Shown one piece after another: positions 50,591-63,006 of a DNA stretch of 64,000 nucleotides. The stretch comes from Klebsormidium nitens (lineage: Eukaryota; Plantae; Klebsormidiophyceae), in NCBI GenBank assembly GCA_000708835.1, contig DF237457.1:2678-66677 (forward strand), given 5' to 3'. The first letter of the stretch is position 1. Each line of letters opens with the position of its first letter. The position numbers and the translations under genes were made by a program. The notes below the pieces were generated by a model that was given only the letters and a program-made list of their open reading frames with translations, searched no databases and was not told where the DNA came from.

Positions 50591-52182
50591 ATGGCGCCAG
50601 CTGATGCGCTGGTAAGACCATCATTTGTACAGCGGAGTTTGCCGCGGGCATCACCTGTTGGGTTCACGCACCGACCGGGCGGCCAGCATTCTACACCACC
50701 CTTTTCAATAGTTGCGCTCTTGAGTAGTTGGGAATGTCAAGACCAGAGGAGCCGCTGTAAAGCAATTGCGGGCATATCAAGCAGTAGTTTCTCCGGGGCA
50801 CAGTCACGAGAAGCGCTAGTGTCGGGGTGGACCGCTCAGGGGCTTCAGGAGCGCACACACCTGGTGCGTCAAAGCCCAAGGTGTACAAAGGCAAAAGCAA
50901 AGTCTAAGAAGAAACCAAGCACGGGGAGGCCCAAACCAAAACCTTGGCCTTTTGAAGACCTGATGATGTTTTGGGACGTGGCGTTCGAGAAGTGGAGTGA
51001 GGACCCGGAGCGAGCAAAGGTGCGCCACTCCCAGGTTTCCTGATTTGAAGTGAGCGGCCAAGATGTAGTTTTTAGCAAACAGTCGACTCCAAGATCAATT
51101 GGCCTTGATTTTGGAGCCCTGGCTAGTTGCTTTCTGGTTCTATGACACTGATGGAAGACTCAAGTTCACTGTCGGTGTGTTGCTCAGTGTCGCCTTCCAC
51201 AAAATGAGTCCACGAAGTTGCTCGGTGAGATCAACCCCTCTATCGATGGTGCGAAGGGACCCGAGAATCAAATATTTAAGAGTTACTCGTCCTAAATGTG
51301 TCCCACGAAGCTTTTCCTTTGCCAACTAGAACACAGAACGTCCTTTCCTCTACGCAGTTAATCATCGACGCAGCCACAAAGGGACTGGCTGCTTACGGCC
51401 GGGGGGCTGTGCTTGTGCGTGAGACAGTGACGGCTCGTTCAGTGAGCAGTGCCGGGAGCGGGTTTGGGCCCCAGGCGCAGCGGCAGCGACTACCAGATGA
51501 CGAGCAGCAATTTGACAGCGTCAGCTTTGAGGTGGAGTACATGCCACGATGGAAGATGGAACGGCCAGCGGACGCTGACACTCAAAGCGAGGTGATAGAC
51601 TCGACTGACTTTTGCTTTGAAGTGAAAGTATTTGTCCTGGCATGAACCACCTTCAAGCGTCCAAAGCCTGGAGTGGCCGTCCACTGGTTACGTACCCTTT
51701 ACATCTTTGTTGAAAATCCTCAATCAGAGCCATCTCCCAGAGTAACTTCAAAGCGAAATCTGGGGTATATCTGAAGGCCTCTTTCATCGCGTTCACAGGT
51801 ACCGGCCGGCGCGCCTGCGGTTGTGTCGTATGAGAACCTGCGGCCTCTCCTCGGCAGCATGGATTGTACCCGGATGCTTACCTTGACACACAGTGATGCT
51901 GCGGCTGGGCCTACCACAACAGCAACGGCGGAAGATGGAAGCGAGTTGCAAGTGGAGATTGTCGATCCAAAAGAGGAAGAAGTGAGTGCATCCGAAAGCC
52001 TTGGATTTGAGTTCACGGGAGAGGAGCCATACAAAAGCGAAGAGGGGGAGCTGGTGCTCCTGATGGCTGTCATTGTAGATGGTCAGCTCGCAGTCGGAGC
52101 GGACGTGGTGCGGCGAGTGCCTTTGACAGCGGACGATGACAGTAGCTGGAGACTGGTGACGAGAGACGAGTTATTCATGTGA
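50591..52182 (+). CDS. Hypothetical protein with a transit-peptide-like N-terminus
   Basis: Exons 50591-51019, 51358-51591 and 51799-52182, all phase 0 with canonical sites. S/R/P-rich N-terminus, then a globular-looking part (WPFEDLMMFWDVAFEKWSEDPERAKLIIDAATKGLAAYGRGAVLV). Confidence 0.65.
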
Positions 52183-52786
52183 TTCTAGGTGGATGGTTCC
52201 GATCTGCGTATGGAAGGCAATCAATTGCTGTCTGCATGCCATCATGCGATGGTGCGCTCAAAATGACTCAGGTACGTCGCATGGATTATTGATTGACGGT
52301 ATGCATGATGCCAGACCGTATTCCATGCATGGATCATAATTGTTCAACGCGTACATGGCCACACTGCCTGCATGCCAAGGCCCATGAAACTATCCAGACA
52401 ATTGCAAGTCACGCTGCTATCCAATCTTCTAGTCTGGCAGACGTACATGTTGCGGCTCGTCAAGCATACGTGACAATCACCCAGTCTCAAAGTATAAGAC
52501 ATGCGTGCCTCAGATGTACTTCGCGCAAGCATGTCAATCAGGTCCAATTTGTTTCGTGCTTGACCGGACTCTGAGTCCGTTTAGAAGTTGCCCTGCCAGC
52601 AGTCAATTGCTGCGCTTCAATCGAATCAGCGCATTGCAAGGCCTCCGAGTAAGAACCTGCGCAAATCTCTTCATGTATGCTGGGGCATGTCCTCTTCCAA
52701 GTTCTGGAGTCCGTCCTCATCTGCAACTTTCTTCAGTTGCACATGCATAGCCATCTTCCGGGAGCAGCTTAGCGGCTAGCGGCTTG

Positions 52787-55700
52787 TTAACTCTGCTCAT
52801 CGACTCCCTTCACCGCCGCTAGACTTTCGTCCGAAGAAGTCACTAGCCCCGCTGAAACACCTGTGCTCCTAGCGGCTTCCGGTGCGTGCTCGCCCATGTC
52901 ATCCGAAGGCTGCCCGCCTCCACTTTCTTGTCCTTCCGCTTTGCGGCGTGCTTGCCTATCACTTTCGATCTCCGCTCTTCTCGAGGCCTCACCGTCGCCT
53001 GCTTCCGCAAAGGGTTCCGAGTCTGCGCGGCTTCCCTGTGCTTCGCTTTTCTCTTCTCTGTCCATATCATGCCCCTGTCCTCGATGTACTTCCGAACGAT
53101 GGTTGTGCTGCTCAGCCGTTTCACTTTCAGACTTTTCCTCACCACTTTTCGCAACTCCTGCCTCTGGCTGGCTCCCTGCCTGTCCTGCGCCTCCCGCGTG
53201 ACTGCCCGCTTCTTGAGGCGCCGACGCCTCTCCTTGCACCTCTCCTCGCGCCAATCCAGTCCCCTCCTGTGCCAACGTCGCCTCCTTATCCCCTGACGAC
53301 TCATCGGCGCCGGTCCCATTTCCTCCCGGCATCCCGTCTACTGCCTCCAAAGCTTTCCCCTCATTGAACCCACCGGCCGGCCCGTTGCCAGTAGCCGCAG
53401 TTTTCAACGAGTCTCCTTTCCCCGCCCCCGACTCGCTTTCCGACTGTCCTGGACCACCGCTTTCGGCCGCTGTAACGCCCAGCTGCCGCGCCAGCCCCGC
53501 GTTACGCTCCTGCAAGCCCCGTGCAAGGGCCTCGTACTTGAGCACCAGCTCCTTGTACTCGGTCAGCAGGGCGTCCACGTCGCCCACCCGCAGATCGCCC
53601 ACTGACGTGTACAGGAACCGGTAGTCGCGCGCCAGCTGTCCGCTCTCCGCAGCGCTGACAACTGCGGCCGCGCCGCGCGCCTCGAGCTGCGCCAGGGAGT
53701 CCCCTGAGAGAGGGGCAGTGCTTCGGAAGTATTAGGGACTGAAGGACCTTTTCCTTTTACGGGAAAAGGTGGGCGGGTCCGGAAAGCGGGAAGTTCAGCA
53801 GAAGCAGGGGTGGGAAGCAGGAGGAGGGAAAGCAGCAGGTGACCTCTGAGGTGTAATTGATCACTACGACGAGTATGAAGCTCTAGCTGTATCAAGTTAC
53901 TTCGGAAAAAACCCGAGACCCTTTCTTTGAGCTAGTCTCCGTCACAGCTTTCAGAAGGTCGCAGAAAGCAGGACTTAGCAAATTTTGATTGCTCCCAATC
54001 TGCGTGCTACCAATCTCCTAGAACGGAGGGGTTTCAAAAGCTCGCCGACCCTCAGCTCTGACGATCCTTTCAGCCACAGGCTTTATTTGCAATAATCAAG
54101 GTCGCATCCAGCCCTGCTCGTCACCTGGCTGCGTCAGCGGCGCAGAGGCGCTGTCGGCCGGGGACACGGTCAACCCGGGGCTGGGGGGAGGCGCCGGCGC
54201 GCGTGCCGCCAAACCCCCTGCCGCAGCATCAGCCGTCACCAGCATTGGCGAAGACCCGCTGTTGCTCATGCCAGGCTGCGTCGCTATCCGCGGGCTAGTG
54301 TCCCCCTCGGAGTGCGAACGATTGTGACGGGGGGGCAGGTCGCCTGCCTTTCCGGGGGGAGTGCTGGCCTTGCGTGCTTGGGGGGGAGTCCCGTCGGAAA
54401 TATTTGGGGGGATCTGCGCGAGCGCTTGCTGCATCTTGGATTCGAATTCAGCGGGGTCGATGGAGAGGGAGGAGGGGTTGAGGTGCTCGATGAAGGCGGC
54501 TGCCGAGACGGCGTTGGTGAAAAAGTAGGCGGACTCGGCCACAAGGCGCGACGCGGCGCGGTAGCGCTGGATGAACTGCAGGTTGCTGTGCAGCGCGGGG
54601 GGGTTGGCCTGGAAGCGGTGGGGGTGAGGCTGATGTCACCAGCAATAACGGAAGGTTTCGAAGAGGGCTTCTAGTAGGACAGTACGATTGGAATAGGGGC
54701 GTCAGAAGAGCCTCAGACGGAAGCATCCGACGAGCTTTTTACAAACGACTGTCGATGAGGGCTGAGGGCCGAGGCTGATGATCATGGCAAAGAACGTCTG
54801 CCATCTAGGCTTCGGCTAGCGAACCCCTACATCAAATGTTCTAGGAATGGCAAATGAAACATAACTGCTGCCGAATCTGACTCCGAAGATAAGCTGGGTC
54901 CGTTAGGTCCGTTAGACGTGTCTGGACAATTGTCAGCGAAGTACCATGCAACAATGAAGACCGATCGCACGCCAAACGTTTGGATGTTCGAGCCTGCACT
55001 CTGATGCGACTTGAGGCTTCTGCTTGCACGCTTGTCATGTACACCTCTGCGGGTGTGAACCTAAGGTACTTCCCATTGCCATCACGGAATAAAACCTTCC
55101 GTCGATACTTCGGACTCTTAAGAACAGTAATACGACTTCCTTAATGAAGCAGCAATCACATACTCACCTTGATGACGACATAGATGAGAACCGGCAGGAA
55201 GTCGTCTGCTCCAGGGGGATCCCCCTGCGCGGCCATGGCCATGTTGAGCAGCAGGTTGTTGATGACGCGGCAGCAGTTGAGAATGCACACCAGCTTGTCG
55301 CGAGGGGCCTTGTATGCGCCCAACTTGCCCAGCTCCTTTTGCGCCAGCTGGCAGGCGAAGAAAGACGGGTCACTCTTATGTCGTACTCCGCTATTGAGAC
55401 AGGTTACTGCCCGGAGATCGGGTGGAGATGTTCTGGGGCTTAGGGTGGATACGGGTGAGGAGCATGTTAACTCGGGGTTTACCTTTCTACTTTGTGTGGA
55501 TCAGGGAACTGTGTGAGTTAACGTAAGCCTAATTCAATGCAAAAGCGAGACTTGAGACAGGTCTGGATTGTTGGGGCAGCTAGTAAGTACCTCACTGAGG
55601 ACTTCGAAAAGTCAAGTAATCTGCTTCCATGGACGAGCTGCTGTTGATTAAGGACGGTGATCAAAGTAGCAGAGGTCCCAATCAGAGACTCATGTCAGCA

Positions 55701-56759
55701 ATCTTCCACCAGTCCACGCAATGACTCGACCACGATGTTTTTAAAGGCTCATCTAACAGTGATGGCGCTGCGATATGGAGGCGTGTTCTTGCCAGCCAGG
55801 AGGGCTCGTTGCCAAAGCTGGCGGGGATGTCGAGGTGCTCGGGCCGCAGAAACTGCTGCAGCGCGGCCATGCGCTCGGCCAGCAGGCGGTCTGTGGCGGC
55901 GTCCGCGGGGATGGGGCCAAACGCGCGCGCAAACACCTTGGTCAGCAGATACTTCTCCAAGCCCTGGAGTATAGAAGGGGGCAGTGGGAAGGTAAATGTC
56001 CTTGCCGCTGCTGGGTAGGCGATTTCACAATGCATGTCGCGACGAAAGCAGCCCGTCTTAGACCAAGTGTTGCTGGACGCAGCGTTAAAAGTACTGTGTA
56101 GTGTGTCAGCAGGGCCAGCATGATCACAACATCTCTTCTCATCAGACAGCGTTCAGCCCTGAACAACTAAACTTAACTTTGTGAACTAGCTATTCCAAGG
56201 AGGCCCCCCTAGATCGAACATAGACGAGGACAACGAATAATTTGCGCCCACTTCACCTAGCCCTCCCCCGCCACTTGCGCTCACCTCGCCCGCACTCTCG
56301 AGCTCCTCCTCAGTGGCACCCGCCCACAGGGGATGCGCCCGGAACGTGGCCTCAGTCTGCGCCAGGAACTGCTGCACGGCGGCGCTGTCCTTGTCGGGGT
56401 CAGGCGCACTGGCCTGGAATGACACGATGAACCTGCACCACATAGAGCCAGTTCAGCAAGCTTGCGTTCAGACTCAACAATTTCCCAATGCTGCCACTCT
56501 CAAAACTTCAATCAATCTCTTTGGTGGCAGCTATACTCATTTGTAAGCATTGCATGAGTCTGTATGTTGGCGAGGGGTGCGATCTGCATATCAGTAAACA
56601 AAGCGCTTTTTGTGGCACCAGTGGTTGCGCAGCGCCTCACCCTTTGATGGCGCGCACCAGGTCGACGGCGCTGGGGTGGCGCATCTTCTCCAGAAAATTG
56701 TGGAACGTTAGCTGCGCCGTGGCCGCCGAGAAAGGGTCCTGCTTGTCCCCACTGGCCAT
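52787..56759 (-). CDS. VPS9A: Rab5 guanine nucleotide exchange factor, VPS9a-like
   Basis: Exons 56759-56641, 56432-56285, 55963-55793 (GC donor), 55347-55168, 54608-54125, 53703-52787. Motifs FHNFLEKMRHPSAVDLV, GLEKYLLTK, WLLAQKEL, KAPRDKLVCILNCC, GADDFLPVLIYV, ANPPALHSN, ESAYFFTN, GDLRVGDVDALL. Confidence 0.93.
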
Positions 56760-57452
56760 CTTGCCACCAAGTCAGGATATTGCGTGGAGATCTCAGCACA
56801 TGGTTCTCACGGAGTGCTGGTGGAACAAATTACGGTCCCCCAAGTCAATCGTACTCGCTGGGTAATCAAACCTTAGCAGAAGGCTGTATGCCCTTGAATG
56901 AATGTTGCCTTCAAAAGATAGACAAAGAGGCCTTGAAGTGGTGACGCTAGCCGGTTGATAGGAGCGATTGAAGCAGGGCTTTGTCTAAGCTGCTCTCTGA
57001 TCCACTTTCGGACTGCTAGCTGAGCTGTTCCACTACAAGACTCACCGAATGCAGCACCTTGAGCCTCACCCTTGCTGTGGGCCTGCCTTCAAGATGGGCC
57101 GCAAAAGCTACTGCCATCATGCGCCTGCTGCTGCTACTGGAGCTGAAGCATAGCTGGGGGCAAATTGAGGAAGCTCACAAGCACTTCAAACAATTGTACC
57201 GGTAAATTGGAGCCCGCATGAGTTTAGAAAGAGTATTGCACTCGAAATATCTCCCAAGCTGAGAAGCAACGACGGCATCCCAGCTCGACCTTCTTCCCCA
57301 AGACCGAGGTACCTATTCTAATAGGGTCGGAACTGACCTGCAAAAGCGCGCAATGGCGGTAGGATCAGGGTTCAGAACGCGTGTGTAGCTAGGTAGGTAG
57401 CGCTGTAGCAGGAAGGTGGCGCCTGCGATGCGCGCCCCTGGCATGCGGTGCC

Positions 57453-60400
57453 ATGTCCGGCGAAGTAGAGGTGGCGGGGCCACATGCCCCGGGGCCCTTT
57501 CCTTCCCCCTTTCACGAAAGCGGGCAGGGCGATGACCAGAACAGCTTTTTACCCGCCCAATCAGACGCAGGAGTTGCACCCACAGGAGTGGAGAAGACGG
57601 AAGCCTCGAATGGGGCGACCGGTGCGCAGAATGATGGTAATGGTGGGGGCGAAGGGGCAGCTGGATTGGACCCCCTCGATGCTGCGGTGGCTCCGCCCGG
57701 CAGTTCAGGGGGCGGCGAACCGCTCATCGAAGCGCCGTCCGAGATGCGCGAGGACCCCCCCGGGAATGCCGCATCGGTGGCATCGGGTCCTGGCCCAGGG
57801 GAACAGCAGCCCAGCACAATGATCCCAATTGGCGCAATGGGGCCTCCGGGTGCGCCCGGCATGCTCGTTCCCCGGCCCCCAATGCACCAGGGCATGCCCG
57901 CACCAATGCAGATTTTGGGTCCGGGGAGGGGGGCGATGCGGCCGCCCGGGCCTGTTTCTCTTCCGGGAGGGGTCAGGCCGGTTCTGGTGAAAGGGGCTTC
58001 AGCAGGGAGGGGATTGGGACCAGGGCCGAGGGGGCCGGGCCCGCCACTTGTGCGAGGGGGGCCTCCGCCTGGGGGGGGCGTTCCGGGGGTGGGCCGGGGA
58101 ATGCCAGCAGGTGCGGCGGGGAGGGGGGAGGCGCCTCAGGGGATGAGGCCGCAGGCGCCGGGAGGGGGCAGGGGGCAGCCAGGTGGGCAGACGTTGACGT
58201 GTGACAATATTGGGGAAGATGCAAGGACAGTATCTTTGAGCTGCAGTCCTCAAGAGATGGAGCGATGATAAAACACTTCAAGAATTTGTGCTTCTTGTTT
58301 CCTTTGATCTCTGACTTCTACAGAATATTGACAAAGTCAATTGTCCATGTAGACTCTTCAACGATGGAAGTCTGTCTCGGCTGACCTTAGAGAGGAAGGG
58401 GGTTGAGGGTGCAAATGGTTGGTAAACATTGGCAACTTGTGCCTTTTCTTTTGCGCTTTTTGGTTGTGAATTACTGGTTTCTAAGTCAAGGGCACAAGCT
58501 TCGGCATTGAGCTGTGCCCAATTGGCCCTTGCATTTGTTGTTAAGATGCTTAATGGATGGTGGTGCTAATCAGGGAGTCAATTGCGGTGTGACAGAGGAT
58601 TGGAAGAAGTTGCGGCTGCGGTTGCAGTGCGGTTTCACCAACACTCCTCAACAGGGCACTCAGGTCATGGAATAAAACCATTTATCTGATTAACTAATAT
58701 TTGCTGGGCAGAACAAACTACTCGTCAACCAGGAACGTGGGCTGAAAAGATCGTAAGAGCCTGATAATTGCTGTGCAAATCCAGCAATGCCCCATTTCGC
58801 TCTTGTTGCGCAGGTGCGCCTGCTGCTGGACGTGGCGCCCCACCGGGCTCCAAGGCCCCCGCCCCGCTGGCGCAGGGGGTCCCCATGGGGACCCAGGGCC
58901 AGTTCATCCAACCCCCCCACGGCTATATGCAACCATACCCCCACGTTTACCACTACCCTGGGCCCGTCATGCATCCCTCACACTTTCAGGGGGGGCCGCC
59001 TTCTTCCCACATGCTGCCCCCCCCTCCCATCCAATTATCCCCCGGGGGAAAACATGTGGGTTCGCAGCCATCTCCTGGGGGCCCCCAAAAAGGTGCCTCC
59101 AAGCAGGGGGCTGCTGGGGACAAGGCAGGTGCGGGGGTGCGCGGCGGGGGGGCACTTCAGGCGGTGGCGATTGCGCCTGCGCCAGCCCCCCCTCAGGTGG
59201 TGCGCCCCGCGCCGCCCCCCCGCTATACCAACCAGGGGAAGAAGCCGCTCGGGCGGCCGCCGAAGCAGGGGGGTGCGGCGCAGGCGCGGTTAGCTCCCAA
59301 GGGGGCGCAACGGTTGGTCCAGTCCGGAGGGGGAGTGGGGAAGCAGGTGGCGGTGACGGGGCAGGCAAAGGGCGGGGCGCCCCCCCCAGCAGCAGGGAAG
59401 CCTGGGGCGAGCGCCCTGGGGGCCCCTCCTGGGGGGCGCGCTCCGAGCCCGAGCAATAGCGGGGGAAAGGGAGGGCCGGCGCGGAAGATCTCGTGCGAGG
59501 ACATTCAGCTGGTGCAGAACTTGATCGAGCGGTGCTTGCAGCTGTACATGAACCAGCGCGAGGTCATCCAGACGCTCAGCTTCCAGGCCAAGATCGAACC
59601 GGGGTTTACGAGCCTAGGTCAGTCCTGACACTGAATTGTGATGACTTCTGAAGCGGCTTTTTAGTCTGGTCTACAGCTCGAGGGAAGCGAAAGTTTGTGG
59701 GGGGTGCAAGGTGGTTTCAGGAAGAATGGGAGTTATATGCATTACAAGGATAGAGCAAGGGAGTCGACTAGAAACTGGCCAGAACAGATATCGTTCTGGG
59801 CCCTATCTGGGTTCATGGTATGGACATGTGGGCTTCGCAGTTGATGGGTTCGTTTCTTGTTTTGCACTTTCCCAAGCGGACCTGGTGGGCGAAGTCGTTC
59901 AAGTTGACAAAAAGCTTGGTGCCTGTGCACCACTATCAGCCTCCCCTAAAAACATTTTTTGAAAACTTTGTGACTATCCTGTGTCTTTTTTACCAGTCCG
60001 TGAAGGGCATTCTATTTCCAGTGAGCGGTTGCTTCTTGGTGGACCCTACTCTGGGATTGTTACACCCACTTCCTCCCTGCTGGCTACCGCGCGGCGCAAA
60101 GTAGCAAGGGGAGAAGCGAAGGCTCTACCGTCTTCTGATTGCCACCTCGATCTCTGCGCCCGTGGATCACTACAGTGCGACAAACGCGAGAGAGTCCAGG
60201 GTGTGGATTCCGACTTTCACGCGCAGCATGTCTTTGTTGTGCGTGCAGTGTGGCAGAAGCTGGAGGAGCAGAACCCCGCGTTCTTCGCGGGGTACTACGT
60301 GCGGCTGAAGGTGAAGGAGCAGATCACGCTGTTCAACCACCTGCTGGACCAGCACGTGCACCTCATGCACAAGCTGCGCAACTACGCGCCGCACACCCAC

Positions 60401-63006
60401 AAGCAGCCGCACCCGCTCCCGCCACCCCCGCACCGTGAGCACGCCCGCATGCATTCCCAGCTCTGAAACTATGTGTTGAAGGGTGCAGGGACGTGAGACG
60501 TTTGCTATCAGTCAGCCACAACAGACCATGCTTCGTGGTCTCACGTTATTGAATGTTAAAAGAGAGGCTGTTTGCTTCTGGGCGTTCCGTAAAGGCTACT
60601 CTATGCCAACGTTGTCCACATGGACTCGTGGCCGTGGTCTATTGCACGCTACAGTCCGAGAACAACGCATCCTTCAGTTCCAGCCGCTCAATTTGCGGAA
60701 GACAGTTTGTAACTGTAGTGTGGTTGTTGCGGCTTGCGGAACCAGCCATATCAGAGTTTGGGTCTCGGTTCAAGGCTAGCCATGCTCGCACCACATGCAT
60801 TCCCCGGTTCTCATTGCAGCTCAAACAAACGTTCTTGTGAATGCGGAGAATTGGTCTCGATCCTGCAGTGCATCCCATGGGTCCTCCTCCCCCATACGGT
60901 GTCCCCATGCCCCGGCCCCCTGCCCCAGGGATGCCCCTCCACCCCGGTATGCCCGGCCTGCATCCCCCGGGCATGCTCAACGGGGGCGCGCACATGGCCA
61001 TGGGCCCTCCCCCAGGGCCACCCGGGCCGTTTGCTCCGCATCCAGGCGGACCGCCAGGGTGAGCGGGCGGTCCCTGTTCGTCTCGGCTAGGCTGTATTAG
61101 CTGTTCGATTTTGTTTTGAAGAGAAATGAACGTGCTCCGTGTTCCAAACGGTTCCTTCACATGCATGCACAGAGGCGGGAGGTGATCAAAGCTGTACTCC
61201 AGTAAGGAGAAGAACAATGTTTGCGCTAAGCAATCGAGCATGCGGTCTCTGAGGTTCTTGAACACGTTTGGTTTAGGCGGACTGATACGTACGATGCTGA
61301 TCTTGTCGGCTGGAAGGACAGCGGAAGACGCCCGTTAAATCGAGTCGCACTTCTGCAACCTGAGACTGCCTGCCTCGGTGCACTGGCGTCTCGTTTGGGC
61401 CGTTGTCGTTTTGTGTACAACACAGATTTCAAGCTCAGGAGAAGGCGCTTCGAACAGAACGTTTAGATTGATCAGGTTGGCAGAGTTGCAAAGAATCGGA
61501 TAGAACCGCCTTCACAATTGCCGTGTGGAAAACTTCCCTTCAGTCAGACGGGTCAATCAGACGCTTCAGGGATCGGCACCGCAATCAGATTGGTCGTGTG
61601 CCTCCCAATTTTGGTGCTTCATTGCATTATGCAAATCCGCGGAGCTTGCTTACGCGTCTCTTTCCCCTGCCAGGAGCATGGCCCTGGGCAGCCCCCTCCA
61701 ATCCTCGGGCAGCCCTCTTCCCCCCGGTCTGGGCCCCGGGTCTTCCCCCGGGGGGATCCCCCCGAGCAGCTCCGACGCCACGCCCGCGTTCGAGCCGTTT
61801 GCCGCCATCAACATGGGCGGGCCCCCCGACATGCCCATGGAGGCCAGCTTTATGAGCCCCGAAGCACACCCGCCGGTTCATCATGAGGAGCCGCACTCTG
61901 CGGAGGGCGGCGCGCTCACGCCGGGGGACACCGGCATCGGGATGAAGCCCAGCGAGAGCCTCGGGGCGCTGGGGCACCTGCCGCGGAACTTCAGCTTGAG
62001 CGATCTCACGGGAGCGGCGGAGCTGGGGGGAAACAACCTGTCCGCCAACGACGGTGAGCGGAGCAGCGAATCTGCAGAAAAGCATGGCGGGATTGGCATA
62101 CGCCGGGCGCTGATATCTGCCACGCAGCACAAGTATCACTTCAGTTTAACCGTTTGTGTTCCTGTGAGGTTTAGAACGGAATGTAAGAGATTCGTGGATG
62201 GACGGATGGACTGGTAAGGCTGCCTCGATCTTTCTAGTGGACTATCCTGAGTACCCCAGCAAACACATGAAAACTCTGCCCTTTGCAGCAGGACCCGGGC
62301 GAAGGACTCAATTCAATCTTGTGACTTTCTCAAGTCATCACATACAGGCGCCTTTGGAAGCAGTCCACCGCACGAATATTTTTGAACCAAGTGTACGCTT
62401 GCTGGTGCAACCAACCTCCGACTTGCCACATAACAGCATCGTGGGAGTCCGTCCGAAAACTCTCGCTCACCCCCGTGCTTCTCTATTTATGGCGCGCAGG
62501 CCAGCTGGGCCTATTGGGCAGCCTGTCCGGGTCGCCGCTCGTGTTCAGCCCCGACTCTGCGGAGGCCTTCCTGCGGTCACCCGACAGGAACCTCGACGCA
62601 GGTCAGCACGAACGACACTGTTGCTTGACCTCGGCTTTGAATCTGCCCTCTCAAAGAGACCGAACGGCTGCAAACCTGCTTGCACCGTAACACGAGTTCC
62701 GGTCCCCAAGGACACAGTTATTTCTCAAAACCCCACAGACAAAGTGAGAATCTTGCAAATCAGACATGGTCGGAAGGGTCTGCCTCGTCACATGGAGGCA
62801 GGTGACGGCCCACCTCCCTGAAGCCTGCTTGATTCTCTTGGAAATCCGTAAAAAAACGAAACATCCCAAGATTACCACCAGTGATTCTGCCCCGTTACTT
62901 TCGTGTGTACCCACGACGTGCTGTTTCAGACTTTGCAGGCGATGACCCGCTGCTCGAGGACGGGACACCTACGGACGATCCCCTCGACTTCGACAAGCTG
63001 AGGTGA
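57453..63006 (+). CDS. Plant-specific TIGR01589 (A_thal_3526) domain protein with long Pro/Gly-rich regions
   Basis: Exons 57453-58182, 58814-59617, 60249-60434, 60869-61058, 61674-62053, 62500-62601, 62939-63006. Domain sequence RKISCEDIQLVQNLIERCLQLYMNQREV...AKIEPGFTSLVWQKLEEQNPAFFAGYYVRLKVKEQITLFNHLL, and the family C-terminal LPRNFSLSDLT motif. Confidence 0.88.
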
